Under the pieces are notes generated by a model. The model made no database searches. It had not been told where the DNA came from and was given only the letters and a program-made list of their open reading frames with translations. The position numbers and the translations under genes were made by a program. A stretch of DNA of 64,000 nt, from contig CAZVLL010000002.1 of assembly GCA_964628025.1 (NCBI GenBank), forward strand, positions 1,421-65,420. Reading direction: 5' to 3'. This DNA is from an uncultured Syntrophaceae bacterium (lineage in GTDB: Bacteria > Desulfobacterota > Syntrophia > Syntrophales > UBA2192). Below are positions 62,877-64,000 of the stretch, in pieces. Numbering within the stretch: the first letter of the stretch is position 1; the number at the start of each line of letters is the position of its first letter.

Positions 62877-63391
62877 CAGACAATTCCCAGGATCTTTTTC
62901 CTTATTTCCTCGGCCTTCTCGTCCGAAAGGCCGCCCTGTCTTGCAGTCTTCACAACGCTCTCGGCCGCCGCAGCCGCCTTCTTCCGCATTTCGGCCATCC
63001 ATTTCTTCTGGGCGATCGATGTGCGATTGAGATCCGCGATCATTCGTCCCAGCTTCGGAAGCGATACTTCGCCGGCGTCTTCCATCTCGACGAGCACCTG
63101 GAAGGCCTTCTCCTGGGCGAGCCGTGTCAGCGCATCGCCCATCACGCCCTCCTCGTCCCCGACGGCCTCCGTGATGGCCCGCGCCTGCTCCGTGGCGATC
63201 TTGAGCGCCGCCAGTCGATTCTCGAATTGTTGTCCATAACGATGGAGAGCCGATCTCGAAAGCTCGAAACCCTGCTCCCGGAGCCAGTCCGCCAGCTCCT
63301 GGTAACCGGAAAATCCGCCCGCGATCAGGCGGCGATCCAACTGGCCCTTCACGTCTTCCGGAAGGCTGTGTACGGCTGGTCGTTTCGGCAT
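62876..63391 (-). CDS. Mu gp27-like DUF3486 protein (putative small terminase / DNA recognition subunit)
   Basis: MPKRPAVHSLPEDVKGQLDRRLIAGGFSGYQELADWLREQGFELSRSALHRYGQQF matches the remembered DUF3486 N-terminus. Confidence 0.7.
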   Translation of the reverse strand: MPKRPAVHSLPEDVKGQLDRRLIAGGFSGYQELADWLREQGFELSRSALHRYGQQFENRLAALKIATEQARAITEAVGDEEGVMGDALTRLAQEKAFQVLVEMEDAGEVSLPKLGRMIADLNRTSIAQKKWMAEMRKKAAAAAESVVKTARQGGLSDEKAEEIRKKILGIV

Positions 63392-63392
63392 C

Positions 63393-63704
63393 TCACCACC
63401 ATTTCGAGGGACGGGCGATTCCGGCGTCGCAGGGCACGGTATATTCGACCACGTCGACGCCGTCGCGAGTCAGCTCTCCGTGCCATGCAGGACTGTCCTT
63501 GCCCGTGATCCGGATCAGCTTGCGGCATTCCAGATAATCGAGCTCGCGCCGCAGTTGCAGTTGCGTGACGTCATTGATGACGCCGCGTACCGCTGTCAGC
63601 AGGATCTGCTCGCTGGCCCCAACCGGGCGCGCTGCGTTCAATGCGGCGAGGAGTTGCCATCTCAGGTTTTCCCGCTTGGCCTTCTCCAGATCAATCTCGC
63701 TCAT
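63393..63704 (-). CDS. Hypothetical phage protein (103 aa, winged-helix-like)
   Basis: An ORF packed upstream of the gp27-like gene. No family recognised. Confidence 0.45.
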   Translation of the reverse strand: MSEIDLEKAKRENLRWQLLAALNAARPVGASEQILLTAVRGVINDVTQLQLRRELDYLECRKLIRITGKDSPAWHGELTRDGVDVVEYTVPCDAGIARPSKWW

Positions 63705-63954
63705 CTTTCACCCCCATGCGGTCTATCTTCGCGGCCAGCGCATCAAGCTTGGCATTGATGACAACTTCCTGCCTGATCTGGTCTTCCTTCCGAACGTATT
63801 CGACGGGCAGCTTGGCGCAATGTTCCAGGAATTCTCTCTCCAGTTTCCGGACGGATTTTTCATTCATGTGCTTCTGCACCCCGAGGATGATCCCGGCCCA
63901 GAGGGACAGCATCCCGGAGAAAAACCCGACCAACTCCCAGTGATCCGGCGTCAT
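63691..63954 (-). CDS. Hypothetical phage membrane protein (87 aa)
   Basis: One TM helix (LVGFFSGMLSLWAGIILGV). GGAAGGAGAG lies upstream of the ATG at 63954 (trimmed from 63987). Confidence 0.45.
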   Translation of the reverse strand: MTPDHWELVGFFSGMLSLWAGIILGVQKHMNEKSVRKLEREFLEHCAKLPVEYVRKEDQIRQEVVINAKLDALAAKIDRMGVKDERD

Positions 63955-64000
63955 GATCTCTCCTTCCTGGCCTGACACGACACGCACCGGACGGCGTCAG

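Larger units (their letters stand above)
39778..64000 (-). mobile_element. Prophage late region (partial, continues beyond 64000): Mu-like packaging/head module plus a lambda/GTA-like siphoviral tail; probably a transposable (Mu-like) phage
   Basis: An uninterrupted minus-strand array runs gp27-like, TerL, DUF935 portal, MuF, gpG, gpI, decoration, MCP, gp36/gp37-like, tail tube, G/GT, TMP, g12-g15-like, fibres and Dam. The left boundary is inferred from the terminal repeats (see the finding on the prophage end); 39693 is an alternative. Confidence 0.8.

Noticed and set aside
56912-63239. Long plus-strand ORFs inside the prophage (56912-58120, 59577-60920, 61542-63239, 51549-52460)
   Set aside because: They lie antisense to the co-linear Mu-like head genes and have shadow-ORF composition. 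Accepting them would break the tightly coupled minus-strand operon.

Overview
High-GC (~58-60%) bacterial chromosome. Gene content is consistent with an anaerobic Desulfobacterota/Syntrophia-like lineage, but I cannot verify taxonomy. Positions 1-39.7 kb are ordinary, tightly packed housekeeping genes: ferredoxin-nitroreductase, an ABC-2 exporter, a GpsA-like dehydrogenase, an M16 peptidase, a GltB-like FMN enzyme with a GAF-ANTAR regulator, rfbB, ino1/suhB, rodZ, tatA, ssb, uppP, ftsK, rimO, an FKBP, a radical SAM enzyme, a hybrid histidine kinase, rarA, trpB2, tsaC, RNase E/G, proC-yggT-divIVA-yggU, murJ and serS, followed by tRNA-Ser(UGA), tRNA-Ser(GCU) and tRNA-Arg(ACG). From about 39.78 kb to the window edge, every gene lies on the minus strand and forms the late region of a prophage, truncated at 64000. 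It combines a Mu-type packaging/head module (gp27/gp28/gp29/F/G/I-like, gp36/gp37-like) with a non-contractile tail module of the lambda/RcGTA g12-g15 type, several unknown distal tail genes and a terminal Dam-type methyltransferase. The best-supported observations are read directly from the sequence. (1) A complete Trp leader-peptide attenuator (a 26-codon ORF with WWW, missed by the ORF track) sits upstream of a stand-alone trpB2. (2) The putative transposable-phage end carries three GCGACAA direct repeats. (3) The tail chaperone gene has a U UUU UUU -1 frameshift site. (4) A phage protein is built from 12 tandem 22-aa repeats. (5) A 1068-aa DivIVA protein contains about 11 tandem 41-aa repeats. 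(6) A ~50-nt REP-like hairpin element is present in host intergenic DNA and inside the phage head operon. (7) A ~190-nt imperfect hairpin has mismatches that are all G-U on the plus strand. I found no CRISPR array, reverse transcriptase, integrase or recognisable defence system. Many long ORFs in the track are antisense or alternative-frame shadows typical of high-GC DNA.
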